Source: a virus
Strand: one strand, 5' to 3'
IMG/VR virus record: IMGVR_UViG_3300027749_000073
Location: 25,503 to 89,502 of that record
DNA length: 64,000 nucleotides
The notes below the pieces were generated by a model that made no database searches, was not told where the DNA came from, and was given only the letters and a program-made list of their open reading frames with translations. Of this stretch, positions 28,424 to 38,023 are shown one piece after another (the stretch's first letter is position 1; each line of letters begins with the position of its first letter). Made by a program: the position numbers and the translations under genes.

Positions 28424-30040
28424 ATGGGAAGATATATTAGTACAGGGTCAGCACAATCAAACACGTGTAGTACTATTGTAAATACAACTTGTTATCAAGT
28501 TTCTGGACAAAAGTACTCACAGGATAATAACAGTTGCTGGCAAAATAGAATAATTGTTGATACACCGGGAAGTTATACATTTACAGTTCCGGCTGGTATA
28601 ACGTGTTTACGTGCAATTGCAGTTGGCGGAGGAGGGAAAGCTTCTTACGCAGCTTCTGCTACTTACAACTTTGGAGGAGCCGGCGGAGGCTATGTAGAGC
28701 GGACTGACACAGTGGCATCAGGATGCACTGTAACAATCGTAGTAGGTCGTCAGTCTCAAGATACAACCATTGCATATACAAATAGTAGTGCAACTGCTAG
28801 AACTCTAACAGGCGGCGGCGCTGTATGTAATAACCCAGGTGCTGCTACAGGCGGAGATTGGAATAGCAATGGAGGGGCACCAGGTTGTGGATATGCTAGC
28901 GGTACGTATTGCGGAGTTGGCAACTGTTTTAATATAACTACGTGTTGTGGTTATTGTGTAGTTTTCGGTGGTTACGGTATAACATATCAACCTGATAATA
29001 GTGCAGTATGTTGCACCGGCCACGCGCCCGGAGGCGGATCGGCAGGATCCTGGATTTGGGCATGCGGCGGGAGTGGCGGTACCGCATACTACGAAGACCA
29101 GATTGTAGGCGGCGGATATGGTCCAGTTGCAGGCGGAGGCGGTGGAATTGGATATATTTGTAAAAAAGGCGTAATGCAGTCAGTGTGTAATTGCATTTGC
29201 ACAAACGAACGTTGTAATCAAGGTTATCCAGGCGGACGAAAATTTTATTTTATGGGGACAGCAGACGGTGGTGGCGGTACTAAACTTCAAATGTGCGACA
29301 CATGTTATGCTAGAAATGTAGGGTTTAGGGGAATGTGTGTCGCCGGCCAATATTTTAATGGCAGCGGCGGTTGGGGCGGTTACGATAATGACGAAGGACG
29401 CGGTTCACGATTTATGTGGTACCACACTGGCTGCTTTGGCGCGGTAAATTATTATCAAGAGCATGGTCCACAGCCAAAGTGTTATACATGGCATGACATT
29501 CATGCCATGTGCGGCAGCGGTAGCAGCGGTGTGAGCTTTATGGACGGTGCTTGCTATCGTTCATGTAATAACTGGAATCATGGTCCGAGAATTGCAGGAA
29601 ACGCATGGCATGACGCAGGCGAAGGTGCAGGTACTGGCGGTATTGCTTATTACTGTTGCGAAGTGACATCAATGAACATACCAAACCAAATGGCTGGAGC
29701 AGCGTGTGCGTCATCTGTAAATTGGAATTTATTGTGTTGTTTAGGGTTATCTGGAAAAATATGTTGTGCAGACAAGATGCAAGATCAATTGTTTCCCTAC
29801 ATTACACACTGTGCAGGCACACTTGGTGGCGCCGGCGGAGTTGACATAGGCTGGATGTCAAGTAAAGCTGGAAAAGGCGGAGGAGCCGGCATGGTAAGAT
29901 GTTACTTGCTATGTGTATGTTGGGGCGGATCTTATAACCTGTGTAATGGTACAGGTCCTGCACTTGCATTCCCGCCATGTGATTTAGACTGGCGTGTTAA
30001 TACTGCTGGTACAGGTATGGCAATTTTATATTGGAAATGA
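28424..30040 (+). CDS. Cys/Gly-rich fibre-tip protein (paralogue C2)
   Basis: Colinear with 26809 (ATGGDWNS, CCGYC, AGEGAGTGG, CAGTLGG, LAFPPC); about 41 Cys in 538 aa by hand count. Confidence 0.7.
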   Translation: MGRYISTGSAQSNTCSTIVNTTCYQVSGQKYSQDNNSCWQNRIIVDTPGSYTFTVPAGITCLRAIAVGGGGKASYAASATYNFGGAGGGYVERTDTVASGCTVTIVVGRQSQDTTIAYTNSSATARTLTGGGAVCNNPGAATGGDWNSNGGAPGCGYASGTYCGVGNCFNITTCCGYCVVFGGYGITYQPDNSAVCCTGHAPGGGSAGSWIWACGGSGGTAYYEDQIVGGGYGPVAGGGGGIGYICKKGVMQSVCNCICTNERCNQGYPGGRKFYFMGTADGGGGTKLQMCDTCYARNVGFRGMCVAGQYFNGSGGWGGYDNDEGRGSRFMWYHTGCFGAVNYYQEHGPQPKCYTWHDIHAMCGSGSSGVSFMDGACYRSCNNWNHGPRIAGNAWHDAGEGAGTGGIAYYCCEVTSMNIPNQMAGAACASSVNWNLLCCLGLSGKICCADKMQDQLFPYITHCAGTLGGAGGVDIGWMSSKAGKGGGAGMVRCYLLCVCWGGSYNLCNGTGPALAFPPCDLDWRVNTAGTGMAILYWK

Positions 30041-30068
30041 CATATAATTTAATAATTAGGAGATTTAA

Positions 30069-30824
30069 ATGATTTGGGCAAAAATAGTAAACAAAGAAAT
30101 TATGCAAACGCACGATGAGGATCCGGCAGGGTTGTGGCATCCGGATGCAATTGCAAAAAATGATATTTTAGGATATTGGGAAGAAGTTCCGGAGTACGTT
30201 AACGTGGGCTGGAAATTTAAAAATGATGAGTGGATTTCGGGCGGACAGTGGCTAGAAGAGCAGGTGGCAGAAACTCCTATACTGCCACCTGGACCATCAT
30301 CGTGTCGTATAGATGCTTCAATTAGCAATGACCCAATGCTCGATACCTGCGAAGTGTTGTTTGATTCAAATGTTGCAGGAATATATGATTCATGGAGTAT
30401 TACTATTGACGGTGTTAATTATTCTACTAAAGTAACGTCTACTAATAGTGACACTAATGAATTAACTTGTACAACAACGGTGTGGTTATCAGTTGGTGAC
30501 CTAGTAACGTTTATGAATCCAGTATTTGGTGGTGTTGATAAACATACATCGTATGTTGTGCATTCTGTAGTTAGTCCAACGAAATTTAGAATAACTAACC
30601 TACAAACGCCAATAGAAGAATTCCAGTTAACTACTGGTACCGGTAATATGATGATGTCTAAAGGTCCAAATTTTAAACATACGTTTCAAAAAACCGATTC
30701 TCCGCAGCATATTGCAGTAGAAATTACAGCAACAAATTCAGACAACAGTGCTACATATTCTATGGAAAATGATTGTGCATTAATTATACCTGAAAAATGG
30801 GTTCCTTTATTTGCTAGACCATAA
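30069..30824 (+). CDS. Putative fibre assembly/tip-associated protein
   Basis: N-terminus WAKIV...WHPD...EEVPEYVNVGW resembles small proteins that follow Gly-rich fibres; last gene of the operon. Confidence 0.45.
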   Translation: MIWAKIVNKEIMQTHDEDPAGLWHPDAIAKNDILGYWEEVPEYVNVGWKFKNDEWISGGQWLEEQVAETPILPPGPSSCRIDASISNDPMLDTCEVLFDSNVAGIYDSWSITIDGVNYSTKVTSTNSDTNELTCTTTVWLSVGDLVTFMNPVFGGVDKHTSYVVHSVVSPTKFRITNLQTPIEEFQLTTGTGNMMMSKGPNFKHTFQKTDSPQHIAVEITATNSDNSATYSMENDCALIIPEKWVPLFARP

Positions 30825-30841
30825 AAAGTAAATTATTCTAT

Positions 30842-30865
30842 AAAAAGGCGAACAATCGCCTTTTT
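30842..30865. terminator. Bidirectional intrinsic terminator
   Basis: AAAAAGGCGA-ACAA-TCGCCTTTTT. Confidence 0.85.
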
Positions 30866-30899
30866 ATTTGAGTTGATAAAGTTTATAGTTAAATACAAT

Positions 30900-31685
30900 A
30901 TGACACAACTTTTTAATTTACCAATTCCAATATTATTTGTACAATACCCGGTCGGTGCAGGCGGTTGGTTTTTAACATCATTACTTTATACAGCATTTAA
31001 TCCGACTGAGTCTATTAAACAGAATGCGAGAGGGTCAGGGCATGCTAATACTAAAATTACATCGTTAAACAACTTTTGTACAATTTCATTAGACGACACG
31101 TATCAATCTATTTTATATCAGACTGAATCAACTATGTCTCAGTCTGATAAAATAGAATACCTTAGAAATACATTAATTAGCAATCCTTACAAAGAAGAAA
31201 AAATAATCCATACTATATCTATTCATTGCCAAGATATTAACATATTTTTAGAAGCATTTCCTAATAGTAAAGTAATACAGATTGAAATTAAAGATGAACA
31301 CATTCCGTTATGCACATTTAATTTTATTCATAAAGTATTAAAAGGAAATTTAATATATTTTGAAAAAATATGTAATGATTACTGCAAAAATTTTGATATT
31401 GAACAGACTTATTTAGAAAATATTGATCTAACGGCACTTACTAATTTAAAATGGATATCTAGTCTAATAGAACTTTCAAACATAAAAAGTGCAATATTAG
31501 AAAAGTTTGCAAGTCGAGTGCTAACTATAGAATATGATCAATATATAAAATATGCTAATGCTAACCACTTAATTGATGTTATTGAAAATTTTTTACAAGC
31601 AGAATGGACTATGCAGATAAAACAACAACTAGTAAATGAATTAGAATTATATCGAATAATTCAACCAACTATGCCAGAAACATAA
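30900..31685 (+). CDS. Sulfotransferase-like P-loop protein (degenerate)
   Basis: ILFVQYPVGAGGWFL loop; FPNSKVIQI; start ATG 30900 lies 4 nt after TAAATA. Confidence 0.45.
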   Translation: MTQLFNLPIPILFVQYPVGAGGWFLTSLLYTAFNPTESIKQNARGSGHANTKITSLNNFCTISLDDTYQSILYQTESTMSQSDKIEYLRNTLISNPYKEEKIIHTISIHCQDINIFLEAFPNSKVIQIEIKDEHIPLCTFNFIHKVLKGNLIYFEKICNDYCKNFDIEQTYLENIDLTALTNLKWISSLIELSNIKSAILEKFASRVLTIEYDQYIKYANANHLIDVIENFLQAEWTMQIKQQLVNELELYRIIQPTMPET

Positions 31686-31686
31686 C

Positions 31687-32796
31687 ATGAATATTATAAT
31701 ATTAACACCCGACAGAGTAGGATCAAGTTTACTGCAAAAGTATATTACAGTGACTATGCAACAATATGACTATCAACACCCAGTTATTAATTTACACGAA
31801 CTCACTAACGGAATTGAATCATATCATTCAACAAAATATAACCAACAAGTATTAGGAAAACCTGAAAAATCTAATTGGGGATACCATCAAACACTTGAAG
31901 AAATAACACAATTATTAAGTAGTGTAGACCATTACAAAGTATCAAGATTAGCACAATATCATATTTTAAATAGACAAGATTTATTAAAAGATCAACTAAG
32001 TTTTTATCAATATATTAATGACAATTTTTTTATAATTAGTGCCCGTAGACAAAATTTGTTCGAACATGCTTTAAGTTGGTGTATAGCTGCGTTTTCAAAA
32101 CACTTAAACGTGTATGACCATCAAGAAAAAATTAGTGTATTTAAGGATTTATACCAACGGAAAATTACTATAGATCAAGAAGTATTTAAAAATTATCTAG
32201 ACAAATATGTAAATTATCTAAAATGGACTGATAATCACTTTGCAATAAATTCAATATTTAATTATGAAAAAGATGTAATAGATCTTGAGTCTTACGTAGA
32301 CAATCTTGACATATTTCCAATCAACCATCACCGCGTAAGTTGGGCAGATCATTATGGCATTTCTTGGAAAGATTGGAACGCATGCCATTATCTTATCAGT
32401 GATATGAGCGGTTTTTCTACAGAGGTTCCATCCACTCTTCTTTTAGAAAATTCAAATACTATTCACCGGCCATTATTATCGATGAATATGAATCAACTAA
32501 TGACACGACCTGGACTAAGTGTAGCTCATCAAGAGTTCTTAACTACAAATTCAACAAATTATTTAAATACCTATAAAACAATATATAATTTAGTAGACGA
32601 CAGAACTTTAATTGCAGGGATGCCTATTAAGTTACAAACGCTAGCAGAAAAATCACTATTAGTAAAGAATTTTAAAGAATGTTTGAATACGTATAATGAT
32701 TGGAGCAATAAATCTTCGATAGGAAAGTTTTTATCCTTAGAAAAGTTAGGTAACACTGCATTAACTGAATTAGAAACTTGGTATAATCATAAATGA
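31687..32796 (+). CDS. Stf0-like sulfotransferase-fold protein
   Basis: IIILTPDRVGSSLL 5'-PSB-like loop, LHE, RRQNLFEHALSW 3'-PB-like motif, NYE. Confidence 0.55.
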   Translation: MNIIILTPDRVGSSLLQKYITVTMQQYDYQHPVINLHELTNGIESYHSTKYNQQVLGKPEKSNWGYHQTLEEITQLLSSVDHYKVSRLAQYHILNRQDLLKDQLSFYQYINDNFFIISARRQNLFEHALSWCIAAFSKHLNVYDHQEKISVFKDLYQRKITIDQEVFKNYLDKYVNYLKWTDNHFAINSIFNYEKDVIDLESYVDNLDIFPINHHRVSWADHYGISWKDWNACHYLISDMSGFSTEVPSTLLLENSNTIHRPLLSMNMNQLMTRPGLSVAHQEFLTTNSTNYLNTYKTIYNLVDDRTLIAGMPIKLQTLAEKSLLVKNFKECLNTYNDWSNKSSIGKFLSLEKLGNTALTELETWYNHK

Positions 32797-33548
32797 ATGT
32801 ATTTAACGAATTTATATTAACTACTACTGCAAACGAGTTTGACGCAACCTGCGGTATTGACAGTTTAGAGCATTGTAGAGACGTTATACATTATAAAATG
32901 TATGAAAAAAGTATTCTGTATGTGTATAATAGTTTTGGTTATCGAGATGAAGAATGGCCTTTGGATTTAACTGATGTTATTTGGTGTGTAGGTGACAGTT
33001 TTACAGTAGGACTTGGCCAACCGTACAACGAAACTTGGGTCAATCTTGTAGGAGAACAAACAGGAAAAAGAACAGTAAACGTTAGTATGAATGGAGCTAG
33101 TAATGATTGGATTGCGAGACGTGTACACGCTATTATTAATAATTTTAGTCCAAAAATTATTTTAATACAATGGAGTTATTGTCATCGAAGAGAAAGCACA
33201 GATACCTCGTTGATCGACGAGGATCGAAAAATTCATTTTATTAAGCCTGAAGGCGGTCGAGAACAGTTTGCAGATATGCAGGAATTAGATAAACAAAATT
33301 GTATAAACAACATACTTAATATCGATAATCATCCGTTTACTCAAATAGTACATTCATTTATTCCTAAATTTGCAAGAACTGATGATGCAGAATTTATATA
33401 CAATAAACTAACAACACACGATATTACCTTTTTTCCCGAACAGCCGCAGATTGATTTTGCAAGAGATCACCACCATTATGATATACAAACTGCTACTAAT
33501 TATGCAAACTTGTATCTAAGTAAATTAGAGATGCAGAATATTACTTAA
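32793..33548 (+). CDS. SGNH/GDSL-like hydrolase or acyltransferase
   Basis: NSFGYRD, VGDSFTVG, VNVSMNGAS, D..H near the C-terminus. Confidence 0.65.
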   Translation: MNVFNEFILTTTANEFDATCGIDSLEHCRDVIHYKMYEKSILYVYNSFGYRDEEWPLDLTDVIWCVGDSFTVGLGQPYNETWVNLVGEQTGKRTVNVSMNGASNDWIARRVHAIINNFSPKIILIQWSYCHRRESTDTSLIDEDRKIHFIKPEGGREQFADMQELDKQNCINNILNIDNHPFTQIVHSFIPKFARTDDAEFIYNKLTTHDITFFPEQPQIDFARDHHHYDIQTATNYANLYLSKLEMQNIT

Positions 33549-34059
33549 AGTTAGGACCATACACCCACCCAAAGATAGCATACCTTGAACCTTCTTCAAC
33601 AATTGATACTTTGTGCGGTAAAAAAGAAGGAAAAATTAACAATTTTCCAGACTGGCAGGTTACAGTTGACTCAGTTAGTGTTATAAATTCTCCTCCTTGA
33701 AAGTTATCGTTTAATAACAATGAAAACGATAATTTACGTTGAACATCTCCGGATATACAATCCATGTGCATACTGTTGTAGTGCATACCTGTATCATACC
33801 TACCAAAAAAACAATCGATATAGTTAAAATCTAAATCAAATTTAAAATGATTGCTGTTAATAAACTTAAGACTATCTATTAAAAACGGAATATCTGTAAT
33901 ATCAATGTTTGCAATCCGAACGTTTCTATGTGTCTGTTGTACTACATTTTCTAATTGTATAGTATCATGTTTATCAATTAGTTGATTACATTGTGCATTA
34001 TCTAGTAATGTTTTACTAATTACTACAATTTGTTCATAACTTTGGTTTTGCATTTGCAT
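33541..34059 (-). CDS. 2OG-Fe(II) oxygenase (prolyl-hydroxylase/PKHD type)
   Basis: HMD...RKLSFSLLL...GGEF...IFPSFLPHKV...GSRY. Confidence 0.85.
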   Translation of the reverse strand: MQMQNQSYEQIVVISKTLLDNAQCNQLIDKHDTIQLENVVQQTHRNVRIANIDITDIPFLIDSLKFINSNHFKFDLDFNYIDCFFGRYDTGMHYNSMHMDCISGDVQRKLSFSLLLNDNFQGGEFITLTESTVTCQSGKLLIFPSFLPHKVSIVEEGSRYAIFGWVYGPNFK

Positions 34060-34627
34060 ATATTTTTTCTTCTGTAAAGTAGTTATTTATGCTGGGTTCA
34101 ATGCACATTTCCATGTTGATAGCAATTCTATAATTGAAACTACTATGAAATAACGGCTCGTGTACTGTGTGATTTGGCATAATTAATAAATCACCTTCGT
34201 CAGGTTGAAATTGGATAACTTCTGAGTTAGTAGTGTACAAATTCAAACCCCCTTCGGTACTATTAATATCTTTTGGCATTGTTAAATAGTATATTGCGTT
34301 AATAGAACTAGTTTTAATATGATTATGTGCATTAGTTCTAAAAGTTTCTGTATTGTAGACATTAGCCCAACACCATGTTTTATGTATTGGAGATAATTTT
34401 ACATTCCCAAATAAAGTTGTAACAGTATCAAAAAAGAAATTATAGAGTATCTTAAAATCACCAAAATTATCCTGTATATGAAAAGTATATCCGCCATGGT
34501 AATTTGCTGTATCTTTTTGCGATATCACTGTATCAATCATACGTGCTTTTACATCTAAATCTAACAACAATTGTGTTTCTAGCACTTGTGGGAAAATTGG
34601 ATTAAAAAAAATATTAGTCACTGGCAT
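34034..34627 (-). CDS. Putative 2OG-Fe(II) oxygenase (2OG-FeII_Oxy_5-like)
   Basis: WANVY, HNH, AIYYL, EGDLLIMP...H, RIAI. Confidence 0.8.
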   Translation of the reverse strand: MPVTNIFFNPIFPQVLETQLLLDLDVKARMIDTVISQKDTANYHGGYTFHIQDNFGDFKILYNFFFDTVTTLFGNVKLSPIHKTWCWANVYNTETFRTNAHNHIKTSSINAIYYLTMPKDINSTEGGLNLYTTNSEVIQFQPDEGDLLIMPNHTVHEPLFHSSFNYRIAINMEMCIEPSINNYFTEEKIYANAKPKL

Positions 34628-35235
34628 AAAATATTAAAACTAATAATAACTCTATCTTCCAACGATAAATTAGGGTTAGTTTCGTGTTTTAAGTATCCGG
34701 GAAAAATTACTAATTTGCCAGGAACTACACTAATAGGAAATGTCATATTTCCTCGCCACTTAGTAAACGATGGTTCGTTACTTAACGCATATTCTTTAGG
34801 ATCTAACAGGATTAAATCACCGCAATTTTCAGCAGCATTTACATAATAACTACCGCTCCAATGTGCAGTACCGTGATTGTGATGAGGGACAAATGAACCA
34901 TGCGGATAAACATTGGCCCATGCATTTGTAAAATTCCAAGTTTGATTAAAGTCTAATTGATTAAAAAAATCTGTAATTATTGGAGAAATTGCGGTAAAAA
35001 AATCATTAAAATTTTCATTGTCAATAAGATTTCCGTGATTGAATGAACTATAGCCAACATCTGCTGCAATATCTGTTAAAATATTACTATGCCAATAGTG
35101 ACTAAGTAATCGTTTATCATCAATTGTATCAAACAATGTTTGTATTTTAAGATGTAATGATTTATTTAAAGTGCTAGCGTCAGGTATAATTGCTTCTAAC
35201 ACAGGCACGGCAAACGCATTTATAATTTTTTTCAT
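34618..35235 (-). CDS. Putative 2OG-Fe(II) oxygenase (TIGR02466-like)
   Basis: WANVYP, HNH, WSGSYYV, GKLVIFPGYLKHET, RVIISFN. Confidence 0.85.
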   Translation of the reverse strand: MKKIINAFAVPVLEAIIPDASTLNKSLHLKIQTLFDTIDDKRLLSHYWHSNILTDIAADVGYSSFNHGNLIDNENFNDFFTAISPIITDFFNQLDFNQTWNFTNAWANVYPHGSFVPHHNHGTAHWSGSYYVNAAENCGDLILLDPKEYALSNEPSFTKWRGNMTFPISVVPGKLVIFPGYLKHETNPNLSLEDRVIISFNILCQ

Positions 35236-35314
35236 ATTTCCCTCACAAAAATCTAGTAATACAGTATATAGCTATTATTACTGATAAGGAACAATTAAAA
35301 TGAAAATTTACTGA

Positions 35315-35343
35315 TTGACACGCAGTCAATAGTACTGTATAAT
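35315..35343 (+). promoter_or_regulatory. Consensus sigma70 promoter with overlapping inverted repeat
   Basis: TTGACA-17 nt-TATAAT; ATTGAC-N5-GTCAAT overlaps the -35 box. Confidence 0.85.
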
Positions 35344-35355
35344 AAGATATGAGAT

Positions 35356-35363
35356 TATAAATA
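35356..35363 (+). promoter_or_regulatory. T4 late promoter (exact TATAAATA)
   Basis: TATAAATA about 30 nt before ATG 35393. Confidence 0.7.
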
Positions 35364-35392
35364 AAATTAACTAAGCATATTAAAAGGATAAC

Positions 35393-36322
35393 ATGAAGAA
35401 AATATTTTTTATTAACGGCGGTGCCGGACGCGTACTTGCTAGCATTCCTGCATTAGAAGAAAGCCACCGTCGTAGTGAGTTAGGCGGCATTATATGCGAA
35501 GGCGGTATGGAATTTTATATGGGCCATCCAATACTGCAACATGTTGCATGGGATGTTAATCACAAAGGACTTTTTGAAAATCTAATTAAGGATAACCAAT
35601 GTGTTAGCCCTGAACCATATCGCGACTACGAATACTATAATCAGAGATCTAGTCTTCAACAAAGTTTTTGGTGGGAAATTATTGGTGAAAGAATTAACAA
35701 AAATGTTCAACCTACACTAATCTTAAATAAATCAGAAGAAATGATGGCATTAGAGATCATTGGTCAGGTGGTTCAACAGCACAAAAAAGAAAAAACTATT
35801 GTAATACAGCCATTTGGAAGATCAAGTAGTTTAAGTAACAGCAGTATTGTTTATGATCAAAGTTCTCGTAGTTTAGAACAATCGACATTTATGGAATTAG
35901 TTGCAGAATTATCAAAAGATTATAACATTATGTATATGGGTGAACATAAGTTAAATGTAGTTAATCTTCCAATATTTCAACCTGACCAACAAATGTCATT
36001 GCGTATTTGGGCAGCAATTATTGAAGCAACTGATTATTTTATTGGCTGTGATAGTGTTGGACAACATATTGCATATTCATTTAATAAACCGGGTACAATT
36101 GTATGTGGAAGTACGTTCCCTATTAATATTACCTATCCGGAACATTTTAATATTATTGAGAAAAAAGATGCAGTTCGCCAATATAGTCCAATTAGGATTG
36201 CGGGATTTGCTTCAGAAGAAGCTGATAGAATGAATGATACAATTATGGATTTTAGCAAAGAAGAGCTTAAATCTGTAATTGAAAATATCAAAGCACATAT
36301 TAAGAAAACAACAAAAGGATAA
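35393..36322 (+). CDS. GT-B glycosyltransferase, GT9/heptosyltransferase-like
   Basis: GGAGRVLASIPAL; IVIQPFG; LRIWAAIIE..DYFIGCDSVGQHIA...KPG..V.GST. Confidence 0.7.
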   Translation: MKKIFFINGGAGRVLASIPALEESHRRSELGGIICEGGMEFYMGHPILQHVAWDVNHKGLFENLIKDNQCVSPEPYRDYEYYNQRSSLQQSFWWEIIGERINKNVQPTLILNKSEEMMALEIIGQVVQQHKKEKTIVIQPFGRSSSLSNSSIVYDQSSRSLEQSTFMELVAELSKDYNIMYMGEHKLNVVNLPIFQPDQQMSLRIWAAIIEATDYFIGCDSVGQHIAYSFNKPGTIVCGSTFPINITYPEHFNIIEKKDAVRQYSPIRIAGFASEEADRMNDTIMDFSKEELKSVIENIKAHIKKTTKG

Positions 36323-36325
36323 TAC

Positions 36326-38023
36326 ATGTGGTTATTAGGAATTAATGTTGGCCATAATGGGTCAGCAGCATTATATAAAGATAGTAAATTAATCTTTTAT
36401 ATTGAAGAAGATCGATTAAGTCGGTTAAAATACGACGGTAATCCGTTTTTAGGTATTGAAAAAGCATTTGAATATACTGATCATATTGATTTCGTTATAT
36501 TATGCGGCACTAGCAATGCATTTGGGAAAGTACCGTGGACTGCTGAAGATGCATATACGTGTTTAGTTAGAAAAAAACAACCTGGAATTCCTGTAGAAAC
36601 TATCAAATTAGGTGATGATCATCATATGACTCATGCAGTAACTGCGTTTTATAATTCAGGGTTTGATGATGCTGCTGCAATAGTGATTGATGGAGCCGGT
36701 AGCGGAATTAATATTCCAGATTTTGAACAAATACAACATGATACATGGGAAGTAGAATCAATTTGGTCATTGTCGTATCCTGCAGGCATCAAGAAGCATT
36801 TAGTAAACTATGGCACTAATCTTGTAGATAGTCTGTCGTTACAAGACGACGACTGTGAAATAGAAATTTCAGACGGACACGGCATTACAAAAACATACGA
36901 AGCAGTTACACAATACTTAGGATTTCATGCTATTGAAGCTGGGAAAACTATGGGTATTGCACCATATGGCAAGCCAAATGACTCTATTAAAATACACGAA
37001 GGCAGATTTAGTAATAGAAACTTAATTAAACCTAAATTTCCTGCAGGTAACGTTATTAGATGTGATTTAAATCCAGAGTTAAAAGAACATGAAGGTGACA
37101 CATCGTGGCATACTGATCCAAATTTAATTGATGATTTTAGAAAAGACTTGGCGTATGCAGTGCAAAAATCAGCCGAAGAACGAGTTAGCAATCTTATTAG
37201 AAAAACGATTGAGATCACTGGTAAAAAACAAATTGTAATGGCAGGTGGTTTTGTATTAAATTGTGTTGCAAACTATGAATTCTTAAAAGAGTTTCCAGAT
37301 GTTGAATTTTATCATGAGCCTGTAAGTCACGACGGCGGTAATGTAATGGGTGCATGCCAGCATGTATACAGAACAATGACACAGGACAGCGTTAAAGCAC
37401 CGTTAACTAGTTTATACATTGGACCTGATAATTCTGCAAATTATACAGACATTGATTTTACTGACTTTGATGTAACTGACACAACTGCAGCAGATATTGC
37501 AAAATTGATTGCAGATGAACATATTGTATGTTTATATCAAGGTAGATCAGAAGCTGGTCCTCGCGCACTAGGTAACAGAAGTATTTTGTTTGATCCATCA
37601 GTTGTTAATGGTAAAGATATAGTAAATGAAGTTAAACATAGAGAATGGTTTAGACCATTTGCAGGAACAGTATTAGCTGAAAAAGCAAATGATTGGTTTG
37701 ATTTTAGATCAAGAACTGATAGCCCATTTATGATGTATGCTGTAAATGTATTAGAAGATAAACAAAGTCTTATTCCTGCAATTACACATGTTGACGGGAC
37801 TTGCAGAATTCAAACTGTAACATCTAAACAAAATAAACATTATTACGAATTAATTAGTGAGTTTGATAAAATTAAAGATATTCCAATCTTGTTTAATACT
37901 AGCTTTAATCTAGCAGGTGATCCACTAGTCGAAACAGTTAAAGAAGCATTAGACACTTTAAGAAAATCAGATTTAAAATACTTATGGTTACCTGAAATTG
38001 GAAAATTATTATCTAAACAATAA
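36326..38023 (+). CDS. Carbamoyltransferase (NodU/CmcH family)
   Basis: HNGSAAL, EEDRLSR.K, HHMTHA, DGAG, GKTMG.APYG, GGFVLNCVAN, EAGPRALGNRSIL, KHREWFRPFA, HVDGTCRIQT, NTSFN. Confidence 0.95.
   Translation: MWLLGINVGHNGSAALYKDSKLIFYIEEDRLSRLKYDGNPFLGIEKAFEYTDHIDFVILCGTSNAFGKVPWTAEDAYTCLVRKKQPGIPVETIKLGDDHHMTHAVTAFYNSGFDDAAAIVIDGAGSGINIPDFEQIQHDTWEVESIWSLSYPAGIKKHLVNYGTNLVDSLSLQDDDCEIEISDGHGITKTYEAVTQYLGFHAIEAGKTMGIAPYGKPNDSIKIHEGRFSNRNLIKPKFPAGNVIRCDLNPELKEHEGDTSWHTDPNLIDDFRKDLAYAVQKSAEERVSNLIRKTIEITGKKQIVMAGGFVLNCVANYEFLKEFPDVEFYHEPVSHDGGNVMGACQHVYRTMTQDSVKAPLTSLYIGPDNSANYTDIDFTDFDVTDTTAADIAKLIADEHIVCLYQGRSEAGPRALGNRSILFDPSVVNGKDIVNEVKHREWFRPFAGTVLAEKANDWFDFRSRTDSPFMMYAVNVLEDKQSLIPAITHVDGTCRIQTVTSKQNKHYYELISEFDKIKDIPILFNTSFNLAGDPLVETVKEALDTLRKSDLKYLWLPEIGKLLSKQ

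Noticed and set aside
26809-30040. Genetic-code reassignment explaining the Cys excess
   Set aside because: Cys is encoded by normal TGT/TGC; ORFs are intact under the standard code; TAA, TAG and TGA all end genes elsewhere.
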